Source: Deltaproteobacteria bacterium (GTDB lineage: Bacteria; Bdellovibrionota; FAC87; UBA2466). From it: a DNA stretch of 47,110 nucleotides. A program made the translations under genes and the position numbers. Under the pieces are notes generated by a model that worked only from the letters and a program-made list of their open reading frames with translations, was not told the origin of the DNA and searched no databases. How positions within the stretch are numbered: position 1 is the first letter of the stretch; each line of letters begins with the position of its first letter. This document shows positions 18,540 through 27,837 of the stretch, piece after piece. The stretch is taken from the NCBI GenBank assembly GCA_016875135.1, contig VGSE01000002.1:1-47110 (forward strand). Direction: 5' to 3'.

Positions 18540-19037
18540 TTAAAAACCAGGTCGGCCCTTCTCAATCTTCATGACTAAAGCGTCTCTTTGCCCTTCGTAG
18601 TATTTTTTTCGAATTCCATACTTCTTAAAACCCACTTTTTCATAAAAACTAATAGCTGCTTGATTTTGACTCTCAACTTCTAAAAATGCTTGTTCTACCA
18701 TTTCGAACTCCAACGCAGCCCTCAAAAGAGTTTCAGCAATATGCAACCTTCGCAATTGAGGCTCCACCGCCACCGTAATAACATCTAATTCACCTTGAAT
18801 CAAAAGACACAACAAGTAACCCAATAGCTGACTCTCGCGAAAAGCGCCAAGACACAGCCCATGTTCATGATTAATAAAAAAGTCGAATTCACTTTCACTC
18901 CATACTTTTGGGAACGAATCTTTAGCAATCGTTCTAATGTCCTGGATGTCAGCTTTCGCAAGTTGCCTGAGAACTATCTCTACAGGCTGTCCAGCAATAT
19001 GGAGGCTTCGTATTTGTCTTTTAAAGATTTGATCCAT
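18540..19037 (-). CDS. rimI: GNAT N-acetyltransferase, RimI-like
   Basis: 165 aa. GNAT core (RRLHIAETLLRAAL) and a C-terminus typical of RimI. The start is uncertain because the ORF overlaps the upstream gene by 58 nt. Confidence 0.6.
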   Translation of the reverse strand: MDQIFKRQIRSLHIAGQPVEIVLRQLAKADIQDIRTIAKDSFPKVWSESEFDFFINHEHGLCLGAFRESQLLGYLLCLLIQGELDVITVAVEPQLRRLHIAETLLRAALEFEMVEQAFLEVESQNQAAISFYEKVGFKKYGIRKKYYEGQRDALVMKIEKGRPGF

Positions 19038-19618
19038 TCCTCAAGACTCTTTTGAACAGACTGTTTTTTTAGCAACACAATAATATTCGGACGGATACTC
19101 TCATAGCTCTTGCCTCGAAATTGGGCTTCATTTCTTTTAAAATACTTTTGAGCCTCATCTTCGGTCACGACTGGAGTCACCGTATCAATTTTAAGTTTCA
19201 CAAACTTATCGGCCTTTATGGTTTTGACCGCTGATTTATAAAGTTCATTCTCACCGAGTCCGTATGCCTCCCGGATTAAGGCAAGATCAGCCGACTTTTT
19301 GCTTTTTTTCCAGCTATCAAAAACAATAGAAACTTCTACCTCTTTTTGTAGACTCTTCATTTCCGCTAAAACCATCTCTTCAAAAACAATCTTTTGAACC
19401 GTTTTTCGAAGTTCCTCACCTTGTTCTTCCATTAGAACAGGTTGAGTTCCCGTGTTCATTCTTTGTAGTGCCCGATAGACGTAGGCATCCTTGATCGTGA
19501 TAACTTTTTTATTGATGATAGCTGCAGTACCGTTGACAACTTTCCCTTGAGATTGAGCACAAATCGATACACAGTTCAAGAAACCACAGAGAACAGCAAT
19601 GAAAAAGACTTTCCTCAT
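18980..19618 (-). CDS. Secreted hypothetical protein (SurA N-terminal-like chaperone domain, tentative)
   Basis: Signal peptide, helical K/E-rich composition, and VNGTAAIINKKVITIKD resembling the SurA_N start. No PPIase motif was seen. Confidence 0.35.
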   Translation of the reverse strand: MRKVFFIAVLCGFLNCVSICAQSQGKVVNGTAAIINKKVITIKDAYVYRALQRMNTGTQPVLMEEQGEELRKTVQKIVFEEMVLAEMKSLQKEVEVSIVFDSWKKSKKSADLALIREAYGLGENELYKSAVKTIKADKFVKLKIDTVTPVVTEDEAQKYFKRNEAQFRGKSYESIRPNIIVLLKKQSVQKSLEEWIKSLKDKYEASILLDSL

Positions 19619-20001
19619 CCGGGAAGAATCGCTATCGCTTCTATTTCAACCACGACATCTTTTGGCAACTTTCCAACTTCGACTGTAGCTCGAGCAGGAT
19701 AAGGATTTTTCATGTATTTGGCATAAATTTCATTAAACCTAGGAAACTCCGCCATATTAGTTATGAATACTGTCGTTTTTACGACATGGTCAAAACTCAT
19801 TTTTTGCGAGTTTAGAATAGCCCCAAGATTTTTCATCACCTGTTCAGTCTGTTCTTCAATAGTTTTACCTACCACCATTCCAGTTTTCGGATCTAAGGGA
19901 ATTTGACCTGAAACGAACAAAAGTCCGTTTGCTTTAATAGCTTGTGAATAAGGACCGATTGCCTGGGGAGCTTCTTGGGTCGCTACAACCTCTTTTTTCA
20001 T
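19615..20001 (-). CDS. ridA: RidA/YjgF family enamine/imine deaminase
   Basis: 128 aa. APQAIGPYSQAIKANGLLFVSGQIPLDP and ARATVEVGKLPKDVVVEIEAIA are signature stretches. Confidence 0.85.
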   Translation of the reverse strand: MKKEVVATQEAPQAIGPYSQAIKANGLLFVSGQIPLDPKTGMVVGKTIEEQTEQVMKNLGAILNSQKMSFDHVVKTTVFITNMAEFPRFNEIYAKYMKNPYPARATVEVGKLPKDVVVEIEAIAILPG

Positions 20002-20351
20002 TCTGCCTCCTTGCGCTCAAAAGATATTTGAACATTCACTTTGTGTTTTTCCATAAATTTAGTGATTTCTTGAGAAAGATCTATTTTACCAAGGACTCGT
20101 CCAAACTCTTTGGCTAGGAGTCCGTAGAAATCATCCTTCTTCTTGCCAAGACTTTCCAGGACCAATCCCACCAACTCTTTTGGGAGTTTCTTATCTTTTA
20201 AATAAGAACGAACCGAATCTTCCGTCATAAAAACAGTGGCAAGCCCGGTCAGAGTCATCTCCTTCATGATCTCGCTCCACCAGGGACGGTCCTGTGTTTT
20301 ATCACTGCTCTTTATCTCTTCGGAATCATCTTTATTATCTTCTGATGGCAT
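19998..20351 (-). CDS. Hypothetical protein
   Basis: 117-aa track ORF, translationally coupled (4-nt overlap) to ridA. Acidic N-terminus; no family recognised. Confidence 0.4.
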   Translation of the reverse strand: MPSEDNKDDSEEIKSSDKTQDRPWWSEIMKEMTLTGLATVFMTEDSVRSYLKDKKLPKELVGLVLESLGKKKDDFYGLLAKEFGRVLGKIDLSQEITKFMEKHKVNVQISFERKEAE

Positions 20352-20370
20352 ATTTAGTTCTCCTAGCCTT

Positions 20371-20817
20371 TTACCCAGCTAACTCTTTGGCGCGCGTTTC
20401 AAAACTCTCAAACATTTTTGGTAGATTAACTTCGGTGAGTTTCTTTGCAATCCATGAAGGGACAAGAAACACCACAGCCACATCAAGTTCGTAATGAACT
20501 TCTGTTTCTTTGGCCCCTTTTGTTTTGAGAAGCCACTTTCCCTCATTTTTCTTAAAAAAATCGCTCTCAAGCAATTTCCAGCGGACCTCTTCTTCACCTT
20601 TTAATTGAAACTCAAGCGTATAAACAAAGGTCTTAACAACTTCAATTTCGAATTTAACCTGAACTTTATCAGCGCCCAACTTTTTTACTACTTTAGCTCC
20701 GGTCACCTCGCCTAAAAATTCAGGATATTTTTCGAACTCTGTAATAGCTCGAAAAAGCGCTTGGGTTGGAACATTCATGACTTTATTTCTAACGACTTCT
20801 GCCATAGCGATTACCAC
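20371..20817 (-). CDS. SRPBCC (START/polyketide cyclase-like, RatA-type) protein
   Basis: 148 aa. The pattern FRAITEFEKYPEFL...W.L is typical of Polyketide_cyc2/RatA proteins. Confidence 0.65.
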   Translation of the reverse strand: MVIAMAEVVRNKVMNVPTQALFRAITEFEKYPEFLGEVTGAKVVKKLGADKVQVKFEIEVVKTFVYTLEFQLKGEEEVRWKLLESDFFKKNEGKWLLKTKGAKETEVHYELDVAVVFLVPSWIAKKLTEVNLPKMFESFETRAKELAG

Positions 20818-21770
20818 CCATACCGAGGCTTATGGTCAAAGAGATGTTTGGTCTTAATTTCACGGATGGTCATCGTTTCCGATCTCATGACAATTGAATG
20901 AGTATGAGCTCCGCCACCAAAATATCTTACACCATTCAGGTAGCTACCGTTAGTGACGCCCGTCGCGATAAACATGACGTTTCCTTTCGCTAATTCTTCA
21001 ATACCATAAACCCTGTTCTCATCAGTTATCCCCATGGTTTTAGCACGGGCTCTTTCACTCTCATTTCTAAACTTTAAAACGCCCTGCATGTCTCCTCCGA
21101 GACATTTAAGGGCGGCAGCCGCTATGACCCCTTCCGGAGCACCTCCGATTCCCATCAAAGCATCGATCCCAGTTTCCTCTTGTGCGGCCGCAATAGCCGC
21201 AGAAACATCGCCGTCCCCGATTAATCGAATACGACACCCCACCTCTCTCACTTCTGCGATAAGATCCGCGTGCCTCGGGCGATCCAGAATAATAACCATC
21301 AAATCCTGTAAGCCTTTTCCCGTCGCTTTTGAGATTTCCTTTAAATTCCAGGTTGGGCTTTTTTTAATATCTATAGCTCCTTTGGCTGCGCGCCCCACAG
21401 CAATTTTATCCATATAAGTATCCGGAGCATGAAGGAAATTATTTTCCTCCGCTGCGGCAATGACCGACAGGGCTTCACTTCTTCCTAGGGCTGTAATGGT
21501 GGTCCCTTCAAGGGGATCACAGGCGATATCAATATTGGGCCCTTCCCCGGCTCCTACCTTCTCCCCAATATAGAGCATGGGGGCTTCATCTCTCTCCCCC
21601 TCCCCTATTTGAATAGTTCCTCTAAATCTAATGGAATCAAAAGCTTTTCTCATCGACTCTACGGCAGCGTGATCGGCCGATTTCTCATCACCTCTACCAA
21701 TCCAACGGCCCACGCTCAAAGCGGCCGCTTCAGTCACTCGAACAAATTCTAAGGCGAGATTTCTATCCAT
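20811..21770 (-). CDS. glpX: Class II fructose-1,6-bisphosphatase
   Basis: 319 aa. N-terminus LALEFVRVTEAAALSVGRWIGRGDEKSADHAAVESMR and overall length are characteristic of GlpX. Confidence 0.9.
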   Translation of the reverse strand: MDRNLALEFVRVTEAAALSVGRWIGRGDEKSADHAAVESMRKAFDSIRFRGTIQIGEGERDEAPMLYIGEKVGAGEGPNIDIACDPLEGTTITALGRSEALSVIAAAEENNFLHAPDTYMDKIAVGRAAKGAIDIKKSPTWNLKEISKATGKGLQDLMVIILDRPRHADLIAEVREVGCRIRLIGDGDVSAAIAAAQEETGIDALMGIGGAPEGVIAAAALKCLGGDMQGVLKFRNESERARAKTMGITDENRVYGIEELAKGNVMFIATGVTNGSYLNGVRYFGGGAHTHSIVMRSETMTIREIKTKHLFDHKPRYGW

Positions 21771-21825
21771 GAGTCCTCCAAGAAATTAAAAGGAAAACCT
21801 ACCATAGAATAGAAAAAAGGGAAAT

Positions 21826-21850
21826 GGCGCCCGGTGGATTCCCGGGCGCC
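21826..21850 (-). promoter_or_regulatory. GC-rich hairpin plus T-tract about 55 nt upstream of the glpX start (leader terminator/attenuator-like)
   Basis: ggcgcccgg-tggattc-ccgggcgcc, a 9-bp stem. On the minus strand it is followed by atttcccttttttct. Confidence 0.35.
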
Positions 21851-21953
21851 TCTCTTGGGAGGGAAAAGGAAGATGTTTCCTTTACCTTGATTAAAAGACG
21901 GTTTCTTGCGGAGTGTTGTGACATCTCATTTTGTTTGAATTAGAGATAAAGCT

Positions 21954-22340
21954 ATGGATTCTGATTCTGAGAAAGAGTTAAAGAAGATCTTCTCTTCCCG
22001 TTTAAAAGATAAACGGCAAAGCAAAACAAAGAGAAGATTAAGAGGGGAGGCCGATCCCCAGGCTTTTGGAACACTTCTTCCTGGCTATTTTAAGCAAAGC
22101 CCCAACACGATCACTAAAATTGAGGAGACAAGAGCCCTCATTGCCTGGGAAAAATATGTGGGGGAGTCTGCCGCACAACAGTCACAAGCCATCAGACTTC
22201 GATCGGGTACGTTAACGGTTAAAGTTTCTAATCCTATTTGGATGCAACAACTTCTGCTTTTAAAAGAAAAGATTTTAAAACTTTACCGCAAAGATTTTCC
22301 CAGTTTAGTAATTAGAAGTATCTACTTCACACGGGGGTAG
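21954..22340 (+). CDS. dciA: DUF721/DciA-family protein
   Basis: 128 aa. The stretch W..vG...a..s....l..G.L.v.v.s..w...L......il..l matches the DUF721 pattern. It overlaps dut convergently by 14 nt. Confidence 0.55.
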   Translation: MDSDSEKELKKIFSSRLKDKRQSKTKRRLRGEADPQAFGTLLPGYFKQSPNTITKIEETRALIAWEKYVGESAAQQSQAIRLRSGTLTVKVSNPIWMQQLLLLKEKILKLYRKDFPSLVIRSIYFTRG

Positions 22341-22779
22341 CCGACACTCCGGTACTACCAAACCCACCAACACCACGGACAGTTTCACCTAATCCTTCTA
22401 CTTCCTGCCATTCAATCTGATCGATTTTCTGAATCACCAACTGAGCAATTCTATCTTGAGGAACAATTTCAACCGCCTCTTTACCTAAATTAATGATGAG
22501 AACCTTAATTTCTCCTCGGTAATCACTGTCAATTGTTCCGGGAGCATTGACGACAGTTAAGCCTTTTTTAAAGGCAAGCCCGCTTCTAGGACGCACTTGT
22601 ATCTCATAGCCTAAGGGAATTTCTACGCTTAAACCTGTCGGGACAGCCACTCTCTCTCCTGGCTGAACCCAAAGGCTTGATTCTAAGCAGGCATTGACAT
22701 CGCAACCCGCAGCCCCTGTAGACATATAAGATGGAACCACTGCATTCGGTTTGAGCTTCTTTACTTTGACTTTAATCAT
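22327..22779 (-). CDS. dut: dUTP diphosphatase
   Basis: 150 aa. AAGCDV, RPRSGLA and GTIDSDYRGE motifs. Confidence 0.9.
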   Translation of the reverse strand: MIKVKVKKLKPNAVVPSYMSTGAAGCDVNACLESSLWVQPGERVAVPTGLSVEIPLGYEIQVRPRSGLAFKKGLTVVNAPGTIDSDYRGEIKVLIINLGKEAVEIVPQDRIAQLVIQKIDQIEWQEVEGLGETVRGVGGFGSTGVSATPV

Positions 22780-24041
22780 ACAAATAACGATACCTTTCCC
22801 TTTTTAGGCTTCACTCGAGATAATGTAATCACCGATTCTTTTTCGGGTACAAATAGCCGTTGAGCAACTCTTTGAATGCTTTCCGCAGACACTTTATCAA
22901 TTTCGCGAACAATTTCTTCAATCGTGATGCGACGACCGAAGCTTATTTCATTTCTTCCTAAACTCTCTTGTCTGGTTTCAGTAGATTCTGACGATAAGAT
23001 CACCGAGCCTTTTATTTGGTTTTTTACCATTTCCAAGGTTTTGGACGAAATGGGATGCTTCGCTACCTGGGCTATTTCCCGCGATAGAATTTCAACACAT
23101 CGAGATAATGAGTTAGGCTTAAGAGCTAGATAAATGGCACAGACCCCATTTCCCGTAAAAGGGATAAAATCACAATCGACTGTATAGGCGAGCCCCGCTT
23201 TTTCCCTTATCTCTTGAAATAGTCGACTACTCATTCCACCGCCAAGGTAAAAATTAAGCACCACTGAATCAAACTTAGCTGGATCATGAATCGAAAGACC
23301 ATCAAATCCGACAATGAGATGCAACTGATCAGTCGGTACAGTGGCTTTTTTGTGCACGGGAATATACTTGGTTTTCTGCTTAATCGATATAGGCTCCCAT
23401 TTTCGGCCCTTAGCAGAAAAAAGCTTCTCACAATCAGCGATAACTTTTTCTTCTTCAAAGTTACCAGCGATACTGATTACCATATTTTTAGGATGATAAT
23501 ATTGTTCGAAGAATTTTACTGCGGTCTTCCTATTAAAACTCTCAATGGTCCGTTTCGAGCCAATTACCGATTGGCCAAGTGGTTGGTCTTTCCAAATATT
23601 TCTAAAGAAAAGGTCGTAAATCTTATCATCCGGGGACTCTTCGATCATTAAAAGTTCTTGGAGAAGGACCTTTTTCTCAAGCGCCAACTCCTCTTTCGGA
23701 AAAGTTGGATTCAGTGTCAGATCGCTTAAAACATCAAGCGCAATAGGCAGGTGCTCGCTTAGAACCGTCGCATGATAACAAGTGACCTCTCGATCGGTGA
23801 ACGCGTTAAGATCTCCACCCAAAGACTCTAAAACAGTCGCCACTTCGAGGCTGCCTCTTTTCGCAGTCCCCTTAAACACCATGTGTTCCAAAAAGTGGCT
23901 CACCCCATTTAAAGATCTAGGCTCGGCTCCACTACCAACTTTTACCCACACCCCGACTGAACAGGACCGAAAATGCGAATTGCGCTCCATTACAAGCGTC
24001 GCCCCGTTGGATAATGCAACTTTTTGATACTGAGCTCGCAA
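22776..24041 (-). CDS. M16-family zinc metallopeptidase (insulinase-like)
   Basis: HxxEH motif (HFLEHMVFKGT), 421 aa. TTG start. Confidence 0.8.
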   Translation of the reverse strand: MRAQYQKVALSNGATLVMERNSHFRSCSVGVWVKVGSGAEPRSLNGVSHFLEHMVFKGTAKRGSLEVATVLESLGGDLNAFTDREVTCYHATVLSEHLPIALDVLSDLTLNPTFPKEELALEKKVLLQELLMIEESPDDKIYDLFFRNIWKDQPLGQSVIGSKRTIESFNRKTAVKFFEQYYHPKNMVISIAGNFEEEKVIADCEKLFSAKGRKWEPISIKQKTKYIPVHKKATVPTDQLHLIVGFDGLSIHDPAKFDSVVLNFYLGGGMSSRLFQEIREKAGLAYTVDCDFIPFTGNGVCAIYLALKPNSLSRCVEILSREIAQVAKHPISSKTLEMVKNQIKGSVILSSESTETRQESLGRNEISFGRRITIEEIVREIDKVSAESIQRVAQRLFVPEKESVITLSRVKPKKGKVSLFV

Positions 24042-24090
24042 GTGAGAGCCCCCAAACTAAGGAGTTAACTATTTTAGATTTTAATATAGA

Positions 24091-26661
24091 CTAATCGTCG
24101 TCATCCCCATCAAATCTCGGCTTTATGTCATCTGAAAAATCATGACTAAAGCCTCGATCGTCAGGCTCTCGACGTGGGAATCTATCTTCTCTATCTCGAT
24201 TGGGGCGATCTTCCCTACCAGAGAAACCTCTATCATCGCGATCATAACGACGGCCTTCTTGGCGTCCACCGCGATCGCGGTCTCTCTCGGGACGAGGGCG
24301 GTCTCTATCAGAGCCTCTGTCGGGCCCTCTGTCGCGACTGTCTCTAAAATCTCTTCCGCCTCTATCACGTCGTCCGCCGCGATCTCGGTCCCCGCCGCGA
24401 TCTCTATCTCGGCCCCGATCTCTATCCCCTCTTGGCTCTCGGTCTCTGCCACCGCGTTCAAACCTATCTGAGCGCCCCTCAATTCGGTTGCCACGATTTT
24501 CGTCGCTCGAATCTTCTCCTCCTAAGCCCCCTGGTTCTCTTGGAGGTTGAGGTTGTGAAGCCTCTTTGCTCAAAAGGGCTTTTCGTGAAAGTCTGATCTT
24601 ACCCGAAGGATCAACTTCTAAACATTTCACCTGAATGGTCTCTCCCATCTTCACAACATCTTCTACATGTCTAACTCGAAAATGTTCTAGCTCGGAAATA
24701 TGACATAGCCCTTCTGTTCCTGGGATGATCTCTACAAAAGCTCCAAAATCTGCAATTCGTGTAATTTTGCCTTCATAAATCTTTCCAGGTTCAGGTTCTT
24801 CAACGATCTGATTGATAATATCGATGGCTTTTTGAGCACTAACTTCATCAGCCGAAGCGATGTGAATAGTTCCGTCGTCTTCGATATCAATTTTGACACC
24901 TGTGCGTTCAATAATACTTCGAATGACTTTACCACCAGAACCAATAACTTCTCGCACCTTGTCTTGCTTGACTTTAATTGTAAAAATTCGAGGAGCATAT
25001 TTAGAGAAGTTAGGTCTAGCTTCGGTCAATGCTTCAGCCATTTTCGAAAGAATATGCAATCTTCCTTCCTTGGCTTGTTCTAACGCTGCTTCCATGATCT
25101 CTCGACTGACTCCGCCGATTTTCAGATCCATTTGAAAAGCTGTGACTCCATCAGCAGTTCCGCAAACTTTAAAGTCCATGTCTCCGAGATGGTCTTCATC
25201 CCCGAGAATATCCGAAAGAACAGCTATTTTCTCTCCCTCTTTAATGAGCCCCATGGCCACGCCTGCTACAGGCTTAGGGACAGGAACCCCGGCATCCATA
25301 AGAGCCAGCGAACCACTGCACACAGTGGCCATCGATGAACTTCCGTTCGATTCTAAGGTTTCGGAAACAATACGAATCGTGTAAGGGAACTTTTCTTTTG
25401 GTGGAATAACAAAAGACAGGGCTCGTTCTGCCAAGAACCCATGTCCAATCTCTCTTCTTCCAGGTGGCCGCAAGGGTCTAGCTTCCCCAACCGAAAAGGG
25501 AGGAAAGTTGTAATGAAGCAAGAAACTCTTATTATAAACACCGTTGATTGAATCGATTTTTTGTTCGTCGTCCGCAGTTCCCAACGTTACTGTGGCTAAA
25601 ACTTGAGTCTCACCACGAGTAAATAACGATGATCCATGAACTCGCGGCAACAATCCTACTTCAGAAGCAATCGGACGAATTTCGTTAAAAGGCCTTCCGT
25701 CAATACGAGTTTTGGTATTAACCGTTTTCTCACGAGCATAAGCGGCTTTTACCTCTTCAAGATAAAGTCCGACTAACTTATTTCGTTTTTTGTCCGCATC
25801 GGTTTTAGGCTCTGCAACAAGGAACTTCCCGTTTACTTTTTCAGCAACCGTCGCAAGAGCGTCGTACCGATTGAGCTTTTCTTTAATTGAAAAGGCTTTT
25901 CCGAAATCTCCCCAGCTAAATTTTCTAATATCCGCTTTCAAGGCCTCGTCTCTTAGAGGCTTTTCATATTCTCTTTTTTCTTTGCCACATTTTGATCTCA
26001 ATTCATCTTGAAGATCAAAAACAATTTTCATTTCTTTGTGAGCAAAATCGATAGCATCCATCATCTCTTTTTCAGAGACCTCTTTGGCGCTTCCTTCGAC
26101 CATTACGACACCGGTTTTCACCCCGGATACGAGAAGATCAATTTTGCTATTTGCCATTTCGGAAGGAGGTGGATTTGCCACCAATTGGTCATTTAAGTAC
26201 CCGACTCTTAGCGTTCCTATCGGGCCGTTCCAAGGAATATCAGAGATATGGAGTGCAGCACTTGCAGCGATTGAGGCTACATAATCAGGTTCATTAACTC
26301 CATCAATTGAAAGAACGGTAGCTACAACGTTTGTTTCATAAAGGTAATCTTCAGGAAACAAAGGGCGGCAAGGACGGTCGATCAGTCTCGCAGAGAGAGT
26401 TGCTCTATCTGAAGGCTTTGCCTCTCTTTTAAAAAAACCCCCGGGTAATCTTCCGGCTGAATAATATTTCTCTTGAAAATCAACGGTAAGAGGAAAAAAA
26501 TCTTGATCGGCCCCAAGCTTGTGGCTTGATACGACCGTCACAAGTACCATCGTCTCACCGTAAGTAGCTAAAACGGAAGCATCCGCCTGTTTGGCTAACT
26601 TACCTGTTTGAAGGGTTAATACACGCCCACCGTAGTTGGCACTGACTTCGACGACACCCAT
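24091..26661 (-). CDS. pnp: Polyribonucleotide nucleotidyltransferase (PNPase) with a ~157-aa R/D/G-rich C-terminal extension
   Basis: Two RNase PH domains, then KH and S1 domains (GKITRIADFGAFVEI), then a low-complexity tail. Position after rpsO is conserved. Confidence 0.95.
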   Translation of the reverse strand: MGVVEVSANYGGRVLTLQTGKLAKQADASVLATYGETMVLVTVVSSHKLGADQDFFPLTVDFQEKYYSAGRLPGGFFKREAKPSDRATLSARLIDRPCRPLFPEDYLYETNVVATVLSIDGVNEPDYVASIAASAALHISDIPWNGPIGTLRVGYLNDQLVANPPPSEMANSKIDLLVSGVKTGVVMVEGSAKEVSEKEMMDAIDFAHKEMKIVFDLQDELRSKCGKEKREYEKPLRDEALKADIRKFSWGDFGKAFSIKEKLNRYDALATVAEKVNGKFLVAEPKTDADKKRNKLVGLYLEEVKAAYAREKTVNTKTRIDGRPFNEIRPIASEVGLLPRVHGSSLFTRGETQVLATVTLGTADDEQKIDSINGVYNKSFLLHYNFPPFSVGEARPLRPPGRREIGHGFLAERALSFVIPPKEKFPYTIRIVSETLESNGSSSMATVCSGSLALMDAGVPVPKPVAGVAMGLIKEGEKIAVLSDILGDEDHLGDMDFKVCGTADGVTAFQMDLKIGGVSREIMEAALEQAKEGRLHILSKMAEALTEARPNFSKYAPRIFTIKVKQDKVREVIGSGGKVIRSIIERTGVKIDIEDDGTIHIASADEVSAQKAIDIINQIVEEPEPGKIYEGKITRIADFGAFVEIIPGTEGLCHISELEHFRVRHVEDVVKMGETIQVKCLEVDPSGKIRLSRKALLSKEASQPQPPREPGGLGGEDSSDENRGNRIEGRSDRFERGGRDREPRGDRDRGRDRDRGGDRDRGGRRDRGGRDFRDSRDRGPDRGSDRDRPRPERDRDRGGRQEGRRYDRDDRGFSGREDRPNRDREDRFPRREPDDRGFSHDFSDDIKPRFDGDDDD
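24094..24564 (-). repeat. Low-complexity coding repeat (RD/RG/DR dipeptide tracts) forming the PNPase tail
   Basis: Reiterated cgatctc/gcgatc units. Translation: ...RGGRDREPRGDRDRGRDRDRGGDRDRGGRRDRGGRDFRDSRDRGPDRGSDRDRPRPERDRDRGG... Confidence 0.9.
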
Positions 26662-26706
26662 AGTTGTCTCCCTTGATATATTTTTAAAAAATAATTCTTA
26701 AGCGTT

Positions 26707-26976
26707 TTATTTTCTTAAGCTTAACCGCTCAATGAGTTTTTGGTAGCGAGCGGAGTCGACTTTCTTTAGGTAGTCTAGTAATCGCCTTCTTGAACTCACA
26801 AGCTGTAATAAACCTCGACGAGAGTGGTGGTCCTTCTTATGAGATTTAAAATGAGGGGTTAAGCTATTAATTCGCTCAGTTAACAATGCGACTTGGACTT
26901 CAGGAGAGCCCGTATCTCTATCATGAAGTTTATGGTTTTTGATCAATTCCGTCTTTTTTTCCTTAATGAGATTCAA
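26707..26976 (-). CDS. rpsO: 30S ribosomal protein S15
   Basis: 89 aa. [14 protein letters not shown]...[15 protein letters not shown] is the S15 signature. Confidence 0.95.
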   Translation of the reverse strand: MNLIKEKKTELIKNHKLHDRDTGSPEVQVALLTERINSLTPHFKSHKKDHHSRRGLLQLVSSRRRLLDYLKKVDSARYQKLIERLSLRK

Positions 26977-26998
26977 CTTTTATACCTCTGTTATCCTT

Positions 26999-27835
26999 TT
27001 AGTTTAGCAAGCTCATACCATTGTTAGTCTTTGTTGGCAAATGGCTAAATTCTCTTGCACTTAGGTTACTGTTTTCACTTTTTTGCCTACCCTCACCGCT
27101 TTCACCGGGAGTTTGTTTTTGAGTTCGCACTACCCCTTCGGTTGTTAATAGTTTCATATAGTTACGATAGGCATCTTGCTGCCATGTTGAGGCAGATTTT
27201 TTAAAAGCCTCTAGTGTAAGACTCTGTTCCAGAGTAAATCTCCCACAAGTTAATCTTCTTAACTCGGTCAAATGTCCGACAGTTCCCAGCTTTTTGGCTA
27301 TTTCATCTCCTAAACTGCGAACGTACGTCCCTTTTGAACAATGAACTTGGAACTTTAAAAATGGAGCCTCATAACTCACTAATCGAACGCTGTACAACTG
27401 AACGGGAACAGCCTGTCTAACGATCGATATATTTTTTCTAGCAAGTTCATAAAGCCTAACCCCTTGAACTTTTTTTGCACTATACATGGGGGGAATTTGA
27501 TTCCATTGGCCTTCAAAAGAGATTAGAACCTGCGCGATTTGAGCCTGAGTTAATTGCGTTATCTCGCAAGTCTCAATGACTTTACCCGTGCAATCCATCG
27601 AATCGGTGGCCTCACCCAATTTGATGACCGCTTCATAACGTTTATCAGCATTCAAAAGAGCATTGGAGAGCTTCGTTGCTTTTCCTGTTAATACGACCAA
27701 TACCCCAGTCGCAAAAGGATCTAAGCTGCCTGCATGACCGACCTTTTTAATTTTAGTCCATCGGCGGACTTCTCTAACAACATCAAAACTTGAGGGCCCT
27801 GCGCCTTTATCGATAACAATAACCGACTCGTCCAT
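26999..27835 (-). CDS. truB: tRNA pseudouridine(55) synthase
   Basis: KVGHAGSLDPFATGVLVV catalytic motif. It has a ~45-aa non-conserved C-terminal extension. Confidence 0.9.
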   Translation of the reverse strand: MDESVIVIDKGAGPSSFDVVREVRRWTKIKKVGHAGSLDPFATGVLVVLTGKATKLSNALLNADKRYEAVIKLGEATDSMDCTGKVIETCEITQLTQAQIAQVLISFEGQWNQIPPMYSAKKVQGVRLYELARKNISIVRQAVPVQLYSVRLVSYEAPFLKFQVHCSKGTYVRSLGDEIAKKLGTVGHLTELRRLTCGRFTLEQSLTLEAFKKSASTWQQDAYRNYMKLLTTEGVVRTQKQTPGESGEGRQKSENSNLSAREFSHLPTKTNNGMSLLN

Positions 27836-27837
27836 AC

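Noticed and set aside
24123-24494. Track ORFs 24123..24494 (-) and 24142..24471 (+) inside the 3' end of pnp.
   Set aside because: Both are alternative frames of the repetitive RD/RG-coding DNA, with biased Ala/Glu/Ile or Ser/Ile/Ala composition. The pnp frame is continuous with the S1 domain and explains the region.
26697-26719. cttaag...cttaag hairpin plus T-run overlapping the rpsO stop, as a possible rpsO terminator or pnp leader structure.
   Set aside because: The stem is only 6 AT-rich base pairs with an 11-nt loop, too weak to call as a terminator. The position is plausible by analogy with E. coli rpsO-pnp but is not supported by the sequence alone.
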